Assembly: GCA_038087875.1 (NCBI GenBank)
Contig: CM075992.1
Location: 2,854,001 to 2,914,000 of the forward strand
DNA length: 60,000 bases
Reading direction: 5' to 3'
Origin: Malacoraja senta
Taxonomy: Eukaryota
In this document: positions 1-14,200 of the stretch, piece after piece
Numbering within the stretch: the first letter of the stretch is position 1
Layout of the letters: each line of letters begins with the position of its first letter
Program-made: the position numbers and the translations under genes
The notes under the pieces: generated by a model
The model's database searches: none
What the model was told of the DNA's origin: nothing
Seen by the model: the letters and a program-made list of their open reading frames with translations, nothing else

Positions 1-708
1 CATGTATTGTCTTTCCGCTGGCTGGTTAGCACGCAACACAAAAGCTTTTCACTGTACCTCAGTACACGTGACAATACACTAAACTGAAACTGCCTGAACT
101 GGTTTGATGGTACAGCCATTTATGTCAGTCAGGGAGTGCCTGTATCTTATTGTCACATGTACGTATAGTCAATGGTTAAATGGCCCAAATTAAAAAAACA
201 TTTGTTTCGTTTTTAGAGATTTTGGAGATACAGTGCAGAAACAGGCCCTTCGGCCCACCGTGTCCGCGCCGACCAGCGATCCCCGCACACTAACACTATC
301 CTACACACTAGGGACAATTTACAATTTTACTGAGGCCAATTAACCTACAAACCTGCACATCTTCAGAGTGTGGAGAAAAACCCACGCGGTCACAGGGAGA
401 AGGTACAAACTCTGTACTGTGGTTCAATGGTTCAATGATCATCGGAGACCCACACCACCCTGGCCACTCTCTCATTTCACTCCTGCTATCGGGAAGAAGA
501 TATAGGAGTTTGAAAATGATAACATCCAGGTTCAGGAGCAGCTTCTTCCCGACAGCCATCAGGCTATTAAACTCTACAGCCTCCAAATAAGTTCCGAACT
601 ACATAGACTGGGGGACAAACAAACATGTGAACATAGCGGTTCACAGCCACAGTCCCAAGGACAATGAGAGATAGGGGAGGTAAATGGTGGCACCACCTCT
701 CTCATATG

Positions 709-743
709 TACACACGCACACGCACATGCACACATAAACACGC

Positions 744-778
<35 letters not shown>

Positions 779-1486
779 CACATAAATATACACACACACA
801 CACATAAACACGCGCACACACACACACATAAACACACACACACGCACACACACATAAACACACACACACACACATAAACACACACACACACAAATATACA
901 CACACACACACACACACACATAAACACGCGCAACACTCACACATAAACACACACACATAAACACACACACATAAACACACACACACATAAATATACACAC
1001 ACACACACATAAACACACACACACACACATAAACACACACACACACATAAATATACACACACACACACTCATAAACACGCGCACACACTCACACATAAAC
1101 ACACACACACACATAAACACACACACACATAAATATACACACACACATAAACACACACACACGCGCACACATAAACACACACACACACACATAAACACAC
1201 ACACACATAAACACGCGCACACACACACACACACACACACATAAACACACACACATAAACACACACACACATAAATATACACACACACATAAACACACAC
1301 ACACACACATAAACACACACACACACACACATAAATATACACACACACACACATAAACACACACACACACATAAATATACACACAAACACACACACACAC
1401 ACATGCACACACACACACATGCACACACATAAACACACACACACACTCCCAACAAACATTCAGACACACAAATGCAATCACACACA
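709..1486. repeat. Compound (CA)n microsatellite with TAAA/TAAATATA interruptions
   Basis: Direct inspection. Confidence 0.95.
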
Positions 1487-2031
1487 AGCTGAGAATTTAA
1501 GCCGCAAACTCACAGACTCACAATAAAACAAAAATTGCCCCATGCCTCTTTGTCAGACTTGTTACCACATTGAAATTTGGTGGCAAGAGGAACAATTTTA
1601 TGAAAAAGCTAGTTGAACGATAACCCCATCCAGTAGCCAATTAGTCCCACTCTACCCAGACCTCTGTGGTCATCTGCCTTGTTCCTTGGTTGAGATTGGC
1701 ATAGGGTCAAACACTAATCAAGAACCTATCAATCTCCACTTCAACAAGACTTCAAAAAGGGCATCAAACATTATGAGGAGAAGGCATATGTGGAGTGGGA
1801 ACAATAGATCAGCCATGATTGAATGGCGGAGTAGACTCAATGGGCCACCTTCTGCTCCCATGTCTTATGATCTTGTTGGGGGAACTAACAGCAACTTATG
1901 TGAGCTCCTGTACCACGATGTTGCAGCCTCACATTTTAACATGGGGCAGGTCTGACGGTTGGACGAGGGTTGAGGTGGGCGAGGAGTGGGGTGATCTGGA
2001 CATTAGTTGTGCATAAGATCTAGACACTCAC

Positions 2032-2149
2032 TGCTTTATCAAAGGTTTCGGCTTGTTTCAAAGTCCGGGGGATACCCATCGATCATGAAGCCTTTGGTCT
2101 CCTGCAGGTTCTCCATCATCGCATCCTTCAGAAGATCCAATGTTATTCC
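2032..2149 (-). CDS. AK5: AK domain 2 exon: [27 protein letters not shown](R)[11 protein letters not shown], with an apparent +1 base at 2067-2071
   Basis: ttgtttcag acceptor, gtgagt donor; 118 bp as assembled, 117 bp and in frame if one G of the G5 run is removed. Confidence 0.88.
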
Positions 2150-5100
2150 CTGAAACAAGCAGAACCCAAAGTTAAAAGACCAAAACTAATTGCCAGATCG
2201 ATTAACAGCGGCATGGTGGCGCAGCGGTAGAGTTGTTGCCTCACAGCGCCGGAGACCTGGGTTCAATCCCGGCTACAGGTGCTGTCTGTACGGAGTTTGC
2301 ACGTTCTCCCCGTGACCCGCCTGGGTTTTCTCAGAGATCGACGGTTTCCTCCCACACTCCAAAGACGTACAGGTTTGTAGGATATTGGCTTGCTTTATGT
2401 GTAGATTGTTCCTAGTGTGTGTAGGATAGTGTTAATGTGCGGGGATCGCTGGTCGGCGCGGACTCGGTGGGCCGAACGGCCTGTTTCCGCGCTGTATCTC
2501 TAAAGTTCAAAAACCTGAGAAAACACTTTGAACGATGCCTGTTTATGTCGTGGCCAGAGATGTTGAGTAAGCTACGACTCTATTCCTTGGAGCGCAGGAG
2601 GATGAGGGGTGATCTTATAGAGGTGTACAAAAATCATGAGAGGAATAGATCGGGCAGAGTCTCTTGCCCAGAGTAGGGGAATCGAGGAGCAGAGGACATA
2701 GGTTCAAGGTGAAGAGGAAAAGATTTGGACACGCTGGAGGCAGGAAACATGTTCCCGATGTTGGGGGAGTCCAGAACCAGGGGCCGCAGTTTAAGAATAA
2801 GGGGTAAGCCATTTAGAACGGAGACGAGGAAACACTTTTTCTCACAGAGAGTGGTGAGTCTGTGGAATTCTCTGCCTCAGAGGGCGGTGGAGGCCGGTTC
2901 TCTGGATGCTTTCAAGAGAGAGCTAGATAGGGCTCTTAAAGATAGCGGAGTCAGGGGTTATGGGGAGAAGGCAGGAACGGGGTACTGATTGGGGATGATC
3001 AGCCATGATCACATTGAATGGCGGTGGTGCTGGCTTGAAGGGCCGAATGGCCTACTCCTGCACCTATTGTCTATTGTCAGTCCACGTAAGGAGATATTTA
3101 TAGCCTCAAATATACAGCCTCATCAAAGTTTGATAAAGCTGCAACATGACCTCCTGACTCTTGTACTCAGTGCCCCGATCGATGAAGGCAGGAGCAGCAC
3201 TCTCGCTACTTGAGGAGCCACTATCACAAGAACAAATTGATTAGTGCTGCATTGTCATGTTTGCTGTGGGAACATTTATTTTCTAAAAAAAAAGGACCAC
3301 TCTTTGGAAGTATCTCCTTGGCTAAACGTACTTTAGGTGTCCTGAAAGAAATGCAACCAGCAAAACAGAAATGTTTTGGAAGGAACTGTAGATGCTGGTT
3401 TACATCGAAGACAGACACAAAATGCTAGAGTAACTCAGCGGGACAGGCAGCATCTCTGAAGAGGAGGAATGGGTGGCGTTTCGGGTCAAGAGTCTTCTGC
3501 AGAAATGTCACTTATCCATGTTCTCCAGAGATGCTGCCTGACCTGCTGAGTTACTCCAGCACTTTGTGTCCTTTTTTTTTGTAAACCGGCATCTGCAGCT
3601 CCTTGTTTCAACACTTTAAAAAGACCTATTGCTGATTAACAGACTGTACTTGGCGTTGTAGCCTATAAACCCGCACGTCTTTGGAGTGTGGGAGGAAACC
3701 GGAGCACCTGGACGAACCCACGCGGTCACAGGGAGAACATGCAAACTCCACTCAGGCAGCCCCCTTGGTCAGGATTGAACCCGTTGATTCTGATTAGTAT
3801 GGGTGACTGGGGTTATGGGGAGAAGGCAAGAGAATGAGGTTGAGAGGGAAAGATTGAATGCGGAGTAGACTTGGCCAAAATAGCCTAATTCTGCTCCTGT
3901 GACTTCTGAACTTATATACCCGGGTCTCTGACATTGTGAGGCATCAGCTCTACCCGCTGCGCCACTGTGCCACCATGGTGGGTGAAGGAGATCACACGGA
4001 TTTAGTATCATCTATTATGGCACCAAATTTGAGCGCAGGTTTAAAAGGTATAAAGGTACAGAAGTGTGAAAACGCACGCCTCCAGATTCAAGGACAGTTT
4101 CTTCCCGGCTGTTATCAGGCAACTGAACCATCCTATCACAACCAGAGAGCAGTGCTGAACTACTATCCACCTCATTGGTGACCCTCGGACTGTCCTTGAT
4201 CAGACTTTGCTGGCTTTATCTTGCGCTAAATGTTATTCCCTTATCACGTGTCTGTACACTCTGAATGGCTCGATATTAATCATGTATTGTCTTTCCACTG
4301 ACTGGATAGCACGCAACAAAAGCTTTTCACTCTACCTCGGTACATGTGACAATAAACTAAACTGAACTGAAACTGAAACTGAGAGTAACTGGGCAATGGT
4401 ATAAGATTTGATCAGATATTTAGCACCTCCTCCAGTGTGGTGTCCCCCAGTACCTCTCCCCCTACCACATGAGGGTAGCGAGACACTGTCTCCCCAACAG
4501 TGCTGAACCCCCTCATCTCTCCCTCTCTCAGAGTGCAGAACTCCCACAGTGGTGCAGCTGGTAGAGACGCTGCCTCACAGCGCTAAAGACCCAGGTTCGA
4601 TTCTGACCTCGGATGCTGTCTGTCTGGAGTTTGCACGCTCTCTCTCTCTCTCCGTGACCGCGTGGGTTTCCTCCGGGTGCTCCGGTTTCCTCCCACGGGT
4701 GGAACTAAGGTGGGCAAGTGATGTGGGGGAGGGGAGGAGGGGGGACGGGTGGACGGAGGGGGACACCGGCTACTCACCAGCGGGACCAGACCTCCGTCTG
4801 CCATTATCTTCTTAATCTTTTTGCCTCGGTCCGTTTCGTTACTGATCTCCTTCCGCATCAGGTTGCCGGTGGACAGGTGTGTGAAGCCGTATCTCTCCAT
4901 CATTTTCACGCACTGGCTCCCTTTTCCTGACCCAGGGCCCCCTGTAACAGGAGAGCAGGTCACCGCAAGATTGGCCTCTCCATTCGTTTACAAGACCCTA
5001 AAACATGAAGCGACTCTGGTGTACCTGCTGCCTCTCAGGAGCTTCGCGGGACAATTAGCCAGTACAAAACTAACACTGAGGTAACCAAAGCTTGGTAAAG

Positions 5101-8100
5101 AGGTGGCTTAGTGAATGGATCCAGAGGTGTAGAGCATTAGCACTAGGATTAGATGTAGGATTAGATATGGGATTTAGTATAGGGTTAGGTTTAGGAATAC
5201 GGATAAAATCAGGTATAGGATTAGGCATAGGATTAGGTATAGGATTTGGTATAAGAATGGTTATAGGATTAGTTATAGGGTTACATTTAGTGTTAGGTAA
5301 GGATTAGGTAGAGAATTAGATATAGGATTAGGAAAAGGATAAGGTATAGGATTATGGTTAGGCATAGCATTATGTATAGTGTTAGGTATTGAATTGGGTA
5401 TAGGATCAGGTTTCGGATTAGGTATGGTATTAGTTTTGGAATTAAGTATAGGTTTAGATATAGGATTAGGTATAAAATAAGGTGTCGGGTTGAGGCTGGG
5501 ATTGGGTATGGGATTAAATACAGGATCAGGTGTAAAATTATATATGCAATTGGCTATAGGATTAGATACATGTTAGGTATTGGATTAACTATAGAATTTT
5601 TCATAACAGGAAGTAGAATTTGATGCCATAGAAACATAGAAATTAGGTGCAGGAGGAGGCTGTTTGGCCCTTCGAGCCAGCACCGGCCGCCCATGTCGAA
5701 TTAACTGCAGGATTTGGTACATGGTTGGGTGTAGGATAAAGTATAGGATAAGAGTAGGGAGGTCCAGGATTCGGGGGGAATTCCAGAGCCTGCACTGAGT
5801 GACCACAGCCCTAATTGGATGGGCTTAATGCAATGGTCTTGAATTACTTTGCGCCTGGAAGCTCATGACCAGGAAGGATCTCCCACCTTGAGAGACTGTC
5901 AGTATCCAATGGTCTGGTGAGGATCAGGGTCCAATTCCCTGTTCCAATTTCTGGGAGAAACATTGCGGGTTTAACGCTGAGATCTGGGAAACATCCCCGG
6001 AGATCTTGGATTGAAGAGATCGGGATTACAGCAACTGGGAGCAGTGTGATGGCGGAAGGGATTTGAAGACAAAGCCGGGAGTCTGAAAGCCAAGCCGTTG
6101 CTTAACTTTCAAACTTTCAGTGCCTCTACTTCCTGTGAAGTTTACGGAGAGTCGGTATGTCAAGGAGGACTCTCTCGAATTTCTACAGGTGCACAGTAGA
6201 GAGCATGCTGACCGGTTGCATCGTGGCTTGGTTCGGCAACTTGAGCGTCCAGGAGCGGAAAAGACTAAAAAAAATTGTAAACACTGCCCAGTCAATCATC
6301 GGCTCTGACCATCCCTACCATCGAGGGGATCTACCACAGTCGCTGCCTCAAAAAGGCTGGCAGCATCATCAATGACCCACACCATCCTGGCCACACACTC
6401 ATCTCCCTGCTACCTTCAGGTAGAAGGTACAGGAGCCTGAAATCTGCAACATCCAGGTTCAGGAATAGCTACTTCCCCACAGCCATCAGACTAATAAACT
6501 CAACAAACAAAAATCTGAACTTTAATAACCTATTGCACTTTATATGCTTATTTATGTGTGTGTATATATATATATTCATTGGTATATGGACACACTGATC
6601 TGTTTTGTATTTATTTATGCCTACTATATTCTGTGGTGCTGAAGCAAAGCAAGAATTTCATTGTCCTATCTGGGGCACATGACAATAAACTCTCTTGAAC
6701 TTGAACTCTTGAACTTGAACTTGAACTTGCTCTACAGGGGGGGTCAGAGTGAAGGTCAGAGAGCAGATGGACGGGGTGAGAGTCACAACACAGGCACCAG
6801 AGGCCTGGATGAGGGTGGGGAGGGTCATTGTATGTGTTGGAGAGACCTTCCCATAGAGAGCAGTATCTGACAGTACTCCACACCACCTTGGCTTTATCCT
6901 GAACCGGAGGAGGCCCGTCAGCCCTTGTGTCTGTGCTTGCCCCTTTGAAAGAACCAAAAGCAACTCCTTTCTCACAAGCCGAATATTGTTCCCCCTTTTT
7001 TTTAAATTTCTTCAATGAAAATTCTAAGACCAGTGGGAGAGTCTAGGACCAGAGGCCATCGGCTCGGAATTAAAGGATGTACCTTTAGAAAGATGAGGAG
7101 GAATTTCTTGTCAGCGGGTGGTGAATCTGTGGAATTCTTTGTCACAGACGGCTGTGGAGGCCAAGTCAGTGGATATTATTAAGACGGAGATCAACACATT
7201 CCTGATTCGCACGGGTGTCAGGGGTTATGGGGTAAAGGCAGGAGAATGGGGTTGAGAGGGAAAGATAGATCAGCCATGATTGAATGGCGGAGTAGACTCA
7301 ATGGGCCGAATGGCCTAGTAATGCTCTTAGAACTATTGAACTAATGAACCTTTAGGTAGCACTTGCTAGGTTTAAGTTTCGGCAACTTATAAGGTTTATA
7401 AATCTCCGTTTGCCCTCTGATTCTTTTGCCTCCCTTCCCTAAACAGTTTCTCCTTACTTACTCTTTGAAGCCCTTTATAATTCCCAACACCTCTATTACA
7501 TTCCCCTTCAGCTCTCTCCGCTGTAAGAAATGTGGGTCAGATACCACTCTGATGTACCATTACTAGTTGTGAGTTATTAATCCACAGGATGTTTAATCGC
7601 AGCAATTCAAAGCTTTGCCTGAAGAACACAGAGACACAAGCAGGCGTTTACTCACCAATCACAAAGATAATTTTGGTGGATCCCAGTTTCTCTGTAAAAT
7701 AAAGAACCAATATTTAGAACTTTGCAACTCAAACCTTTACCCAACCTGCTACAGCCAACCCTGTGAGCGGCACGATGGCGCAGCGGTAGAGCTGCTGCCT
7801 CACAGCGCCAGAGACCAGGGTTCGATCCTGACTATGGCTGCTGTCGGTACAGAGCTTGTACGCTCTCCCCGTGACCGCGTGGGTTTTCTCCGGGTGCTCC
7901 GGTTTCCTCCCAAAACCATGCAGGTTTGTAGGTTAATTGGCTTTGGTTATCCTTCACCCCTGCAGCCATTAGATTTTATAATTCGGACCGCTAGGCTGTA
8001 GGGGGATGCATTTTTGTATTAAAAAAAAAAAAATTAGTTGTTAATTATTGCTCTCAGGTAGTGTCCACATTGTATTATGTATTTTCTGTCTGTGTTCGTT

Positions 8101-8182
8101 TGAATGTGTGGGTTTGTTGGTTGGGGGCTTCTGGACATCTGAATTTCCCTGAGGGGATCAATAAAGTATTTATTATTATTAT

Positions 8183-8214
<32 letters not shown>

Positions 8215-11200
8215 TGTACATTGTCCCTACTGTTAGTTAGTGTACGGGGTGATCGCTGATCGGTGCAGACCCAAAGGATCTGTCATAGTGTTGTATCTCT
8301 ACACTAAACTAAACTAAACTATCCCTATGGTTTGATAATCTTTCTCCTACTGCCGTGATATGGAGAGGGGCTGGTGTGCTTAACGCTGTCGTTGACTTTG
8401 TTCTTCAGCAACATGTATCTACATACACATAGTGGGACAGCCAACAAAACAAGGCGGGAAACATGTCCCCGATGTTGGGGGGGAGTCCAGAACCAGGGGC
8501 CACACAGTTTAAGAATAAGGGGTACGCCATCTAGAACGGAGACGAAGAAACACTTTTTTCACACAGAGAGCGGTGAGTCTGTGGAATTCTCTGCCTCAGA
8601 GGGCGGTGGAGGCCGGTTCTCTGGATACTTTCAAGAGAGAGCTAGATAGGGTTCTTAAAGATAGGGGATATGGGGAGAGGGCAGGAACGGGGTACTGATT
8701 GGGGATGATCAGCCATGATCACATTGAATGGCGGTGCTGGCTCGAAGGGCCGAATGGCCTACTCCTGCACCCATTGTCTATTGTCTATTGTTTCAGGGTA
8801 GGGGCATAGGCCCCAGAATGACTTTTTCTGCCTCAAATCCAGCGTTACCTTTCACCTCGTCACATATCTGTACGGAGTCACCACTTTTGCAGTTCCCCAT
8901 TGCGCCCTTCTGGCTTGTGTCCGGGCTCCGGAGGACCCTCCTGTGCACACTGAGTATGATACCCGCTTCACCGCTTCACTTGGCCTGCCCTTTCCCCCAC
9001 CTCCCCTCCTTTCTTTACTGGTCAACCTACCATTATGACTTAACAGTGGGAGACCCAGACATCACAGCTACACATTGGCAGTGCTACAAGGCCGGACCAC
9101 ATCCATGCCACTGTGAAATTGGGCAGAGGCTGGCGACAGGCCGGGCGAGGCAGCCTGCCGCAGCCCCCCTGTGGCTGAATATGTCAGCTACTGTCTAGCA
9201 AGGAACTGCAGGTGCTGCTTTAAACTGAAAAAAGATAGACACAAAATGCTGGAGGAGCCATGGCCAGTCTGAAGAAGGGTCTCCACCCAAAACGTCACCC
9301 ATTCCTTCTCCCCAGAGATGCTGCTGCCTGTCCCGCTGAGTTACTCCAGCATATTTTGTGTCTATCTTAAGTCAGCTTACTTGTAGAAAACGTGGGTGAT
9401 GCCACAGACTCAGAGCAGGGCGGGAACGGGGTACTGACTGGGGATGATCAGCCATGATCACATTGAATGGCGGTGCTGCCACGAAGGGCCGAGTGGCCTA
9501 ATCCTGCACCTATTGTCTATTGTCTCTTGTCATTCATTGCAGCATCTAATGCAGACTGATACTACCCCTCCCCTCCCCCTCTGCCCCCACCCCCTTCCAC
9601 CTATATCCATCTCTCGGGCTTTACACTTCTCCTCATCTGACACCTTTTTGTCTCATTTTCACCTCCAGCCTTTGTCACTTTAGTTTAGAGATACAGTGCG
9701 GGAACAGGCCCTTCGGCCCACCGAGTCCGCACCGACCAGCGACCCCCCCGCACACTGACACCATCCTACACACACTGGGGATAATTCACATTTATACCAA
9801 GCTAATTAACCTACGAACCTGGGAGGAAACCGAAGATCTCGGAGAAAACCCACGCAGGTCACGGGGAGAAAAGTACAAACTCCGTACAGACAGCAGCCCG
9901 CGGTCAGGATCAAACCCGGGACTCTGGCGCTGTCAGGCAAGCAACTCTACCAGTTGCGCCACTGTGATGGCATAAACACCTGTGTCACAGGTGTAAATGA
10001 GTAGGAAGGAACTTCAGACGCTGGTTTACACCGACGACAGGCACAAAACGCCGGAGTAACTCAGCGGGACAGGCAGCATCTCTGGGGAGAAGGAATGGGT
10101 CGAGAGCAGAGTTGCTGCCTGGCCCGCTGAGTTACTGCAGCTTTTTGTGTCTTCAAAGTGCTCCATCCCCAGCTTCTCGAGGGCGACGATGAACGATGCA
10201 AACGCTGGCCTTTCCAATGTAAAACAAAGCCTCCATCTCCTCGTGGTCTCACCCCTTTCTTGTACAGACTGCATTCACACTGCGGACAAAGATGACAGAG
10301 AGACGACTCTTGCTCCAGCAACTCTGATTGTGAATGCTCATCCCACAATCTCCCCGCTCAACCTTGCCAGCTCATTCCTCAGTACAAGTGTGGATGGACC
10401 CTCTGCCTTTGCTTGCACCTCCTCTCCAGTACAAATGGGTTCACCTCATGTCTTGGCCTTGCTCTTTCTTGCTCTTGCTCTTGCTGGGCTTCAGCCGTGG
10501 ACTGTGTGGGTCCCTCGGCCACGTAATTCCCTTGGAAGCGTTGGACACATCTAGTGCCCACAGCGCTACTCATTGCCACTGGCCTCACCTTCAGCAATGA
10601 CGCCACAAAAGGGGCTGCTCCCCGATTATAATCTTCAAAGTCGGAGAGACATTGGGACGTCATAAAGAGGGGAAACATCAGTTCATAAGTTGTTATGGGA
10701 AACATGGAACTCGTGCGAACAGCTGATCCGTGGTCGGCGTGGACCACTGTGATGGGCTGAAGGGCCTGTTTCCATGCTGTGCGTCTGAATTAAACCAAAT
10801 TAAAATGCTTCCAAGATAGACACAACATGCTGGAGTGACTCGGGAGGCACCTCTGGAGAGAAGGAATGGGTAACGTCTCGGGTCGAGACCCTTCTTCAGA
10901 CTGCCAACGTGTAGTTAGTTGCCATTGCAGACGAACAAAATAATCTGATGTTACTACAGCAGAGAATAGGAGACATTACAGGAACATCCAAGTGACACAG
11001 ATGATGAAAGACTGTCAATGCCAACCAAGAAGGCACCGATCACTTTGAATTCACCAGGATAATGTTGGTTGGGACAGATTGGAATAAGGGAAAAATAAAC
11101 ATGCATCTCTGCAGCTCCTTCAACGTCCCCACCAGCACATTTCAAAGTGTTTTACAGGCATTAAGCTGCCTTTCCTTGCACAAAACATTATTCACATTAT

Positions 11201-14200
11201 TTCCCTTATCATGTCATAAGGTCATATGGAAGGAAAAATGTTCCCAATGTTGGGCGAGTCCAGAACCAGGGGCCACAGTCTTAGAATAAAGGGGAGGTCA
11301 TTTAAGACTGAGGTGAGAAAAAACGTTTTCACCCAGAGAGTTGTGAATTTGTGGAATTCCCTGCCACAGAGGGCAGTGGAGGCCAAGTCACTGGATGGAT
11401 TTAAGAGAGAGCTAGTTAGAGCTCTAGGGGAGTCAAGGGATATGTGGAGAAGGCAGGCACGGGTTATTGATAGGGGACGATCAGCCATGATCACAATGAA
11501 TGGCGGTGCTGGCTCGAAGGGCCGAATGACCTCCTCCTGCACCTATTTTCTATGTTTCTATGTAATAGGAGTAGAGTTAGTTTCTATGTTTCTATGAGAA
11601 TCTGTGGAATTCATTGCCACAGAAGGCTGTGGAGACCAAGTCAATGCATAGATCAGCCATGATTGAATGGCGGAGTAGACTTGATGGATCGAATGGCCTA
11701 ATTCTGCTCCTATCACTTATGAACTTGTCTCGAACCTTTGTTTTTGGGACGGCACGGTGGCGCAGCGGTAGAGTTGCTGCCTAACAGTGCCGGTGCCCCG
11801 GGTTCGATCCTGACTATGGGTACTGTCTGTACGGAGTTTGTACATTCTTTCTGTGACTTCATGGGTTTTCTCCAGGTGCTCCTGTTTCCTCCAACACTCC
11901 AAAGACGTACAGGTTTGTAGGTTAATTAACTTTGGTAAAAATTCCAAATTGTCCCTAGTGTGTGTAGGATAGTGTTAGTGTGCGGGGATCGCTGGTCGGT
12001 GCGGACTCAGTGGGCTGAAGGACATGTTTCCGCGCTGTATCTCTAGAGTCCGAAGTCTACCTTGGCGCACGACAATAATAAAACAAAACCTAAAAGCATC
12101 TAGTCGTCCAGAAATTCCACCCGTCGCATTTTAGGACGGCACGTTGGCGCAGCGGTAGATTTGCTGCCTCACAGCGCCAGAGACCCGGTTCGATCCCGAC
12201 TGCGGGTGCTGTCTGTACGGAGTTTGTACGTTCTCCCCGCGACCTGCGTGGGCTTTCTCCGAGATCTTCGGTTTCCTCCCACACTCCAAAGACGTACAGG
12301 TTTGTATGTTAATTGTCTTGGTGTGAATGTAAAATTGTCCCTAGTGTGTGTTAATGTGCGGGGATCGCTGGTCGGTGCAGACTCGATGGGCCAAAGGGCC
12401 TGTTTCCGCGCTGAATCTCTAAACTAAACACAACATTATCAAGGCACGTGTGTGTTGGATTATCAGAGTTTTACCAATTTATAAATCCTCTGAGGCATGG
12501 GAACTTTGGGTACTTATGAAATGATCTCATTATGAAATATCTTGGTGATGGTATTATCTGTTGCATGGCCTGTAAATTAGATGTTTATGCATAATGAAAC
12601 TAAGCCTTAATTAACAGCTGGCATTAAAATAAATTAAATGTTATATATATGTTATTATGCCATAAGAGATTTCAAAATTCCATTTAATTTATAAGCGCTT
12701 CTTAAAAATGTTTATTCCTGCTTTAATCTAATTTTCTTTTGCATTCTCCAATGTTTTTAATGCTAATTAGAAAAAATTCTTAACTGCTGGGAATGTTTAA
12801 TTAAACATTACAGGAAGGATGTGGAGGCTTTGAATAGGGTGCAGAGGAGGTCTACCTGAATGCTGCCTGGAATAGAGGGCTTCAGCTACTGGGAGAGGTT
12901 GGATAGACGGAGTGCTTTCTCTGGAACGAGGGAGGGTTTGATAGATGTGTGTAAAATTATAAGAGGCATAGATAGGGGTGACAGTCAGAACCTTTTCCCC
13001 AGGGTGGACATGACCAACACTCGAGGGCATAGCTATATGGTGAGAGGGGGAAAGTTTCATCGTGCAAAGTGCATGAACTCAGCAGGTCATGCGGCATCTG
13101 CAGAGGGAATGATAAATGTTTTGGGTCGGGACCCTTCTTCAGATTGATTGCAGTCAATCTGTAGTCTGATGTCTCAACCCGAAACATCACCTACTCCTTT
13201 GCTCCAGAGATGCTGCCTGTCCCACTGAGTTACTCCAGCCTTTTGTGTCTATCTTCGGTGTAAACCAGCATCTGCAGTTCCTTCCTCCACAACTCACTGT
13301 TATGTCCTGCTTTGTGGTTTTGTCGTTTTTTGCACAATCCGCAGGCATTGCCACTTTCATTTCACTGCACATCTTGTATGTGTATGTGACAAATAAAGTT
13401 GACTTGACTTGACTTGACACCTGCCAGGCTTTGTCCCACAAAACCTCTTTTGCAGCTTTGTTGCAATCACTCTGTAGAAGGTTCCCGACCTGAAATGTTA
13501 TCCATGGTCTCCACAGATGTTGCCTGATCCGTTGAGTTACTCCAGCACTTTGTGTGCTTTTTTGTCAACCAGCATCTGCAGTTCCTTGTGCCTCCTGCCA
13601 CTCTCCCTGTCCGCATTAAAGTTAAAATCTCTTACTCTTTGACCTTTCTGCTTCTTAATAATTGAAACACATGGCAGAATCCAGCTTTGTACTTCCACCT
13701 GGGTTATTGCTTGCCTTAGGAGTGATAGATTCACCTTGCATCTGATCTCACAAATTGTCTGGTGCCTCCATCTCCCACACTGAGCTAACATTAGGCTTCA
13801 GACAAGACGCGGTCAGAAGCAAAGTGCCTACCACAGAGACATAAAGGGTAGACCACTTGATATCAGAAGGTCATCTGCCGATTCCTTTCATTAGTTCCTG
13901 TGAAGCCCTTTTCTGCCTTTGACGTCATCTCTTAGATACTTGGACACACACTGTGTCCACGTCTTTATTGTCCTAAACGGGGGATGATGAGGTGGATTCA
14001 GAAGTTAAATGGAAAAAGGATCATCAGAGGCAAGTCTTTTACATTACTGAAATCCAATATTTAATCAAAGAGCAAATGTTTTTTGGCCTTCTCCCCAGAG
14101 ATGCTGCCTGTCCCACTGAGATACTCCAGCACTTAGTATCTAAACAGATTTAATCATTCCTTGCTTCTCCGATATAGAGTTTATGGCAATCCATTCTAAA

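Noticed and set aside
574..1487. Long Cys/Val-rich ORFs
   Set aside because: Translations of a (CA/TG)n microsatellite.
2208..2280. tRNA genes
   Set aside because: The A/B boxes are SINE heads that continue into V-domain and LINE-derived tails.
5135..5587. Interstitial telomere or Gly-rich protein
   Set aside because: The unit is GGATTAGGTATA-like with almost no true TTAGGG tandem; the ORF is low-complexity.
6885..6945. Possible extra AK exon ([19 protein letters not shown])
   Set aside because: It would interrupt the P-loop strand, has no phase-compatible donor and shows no homology.
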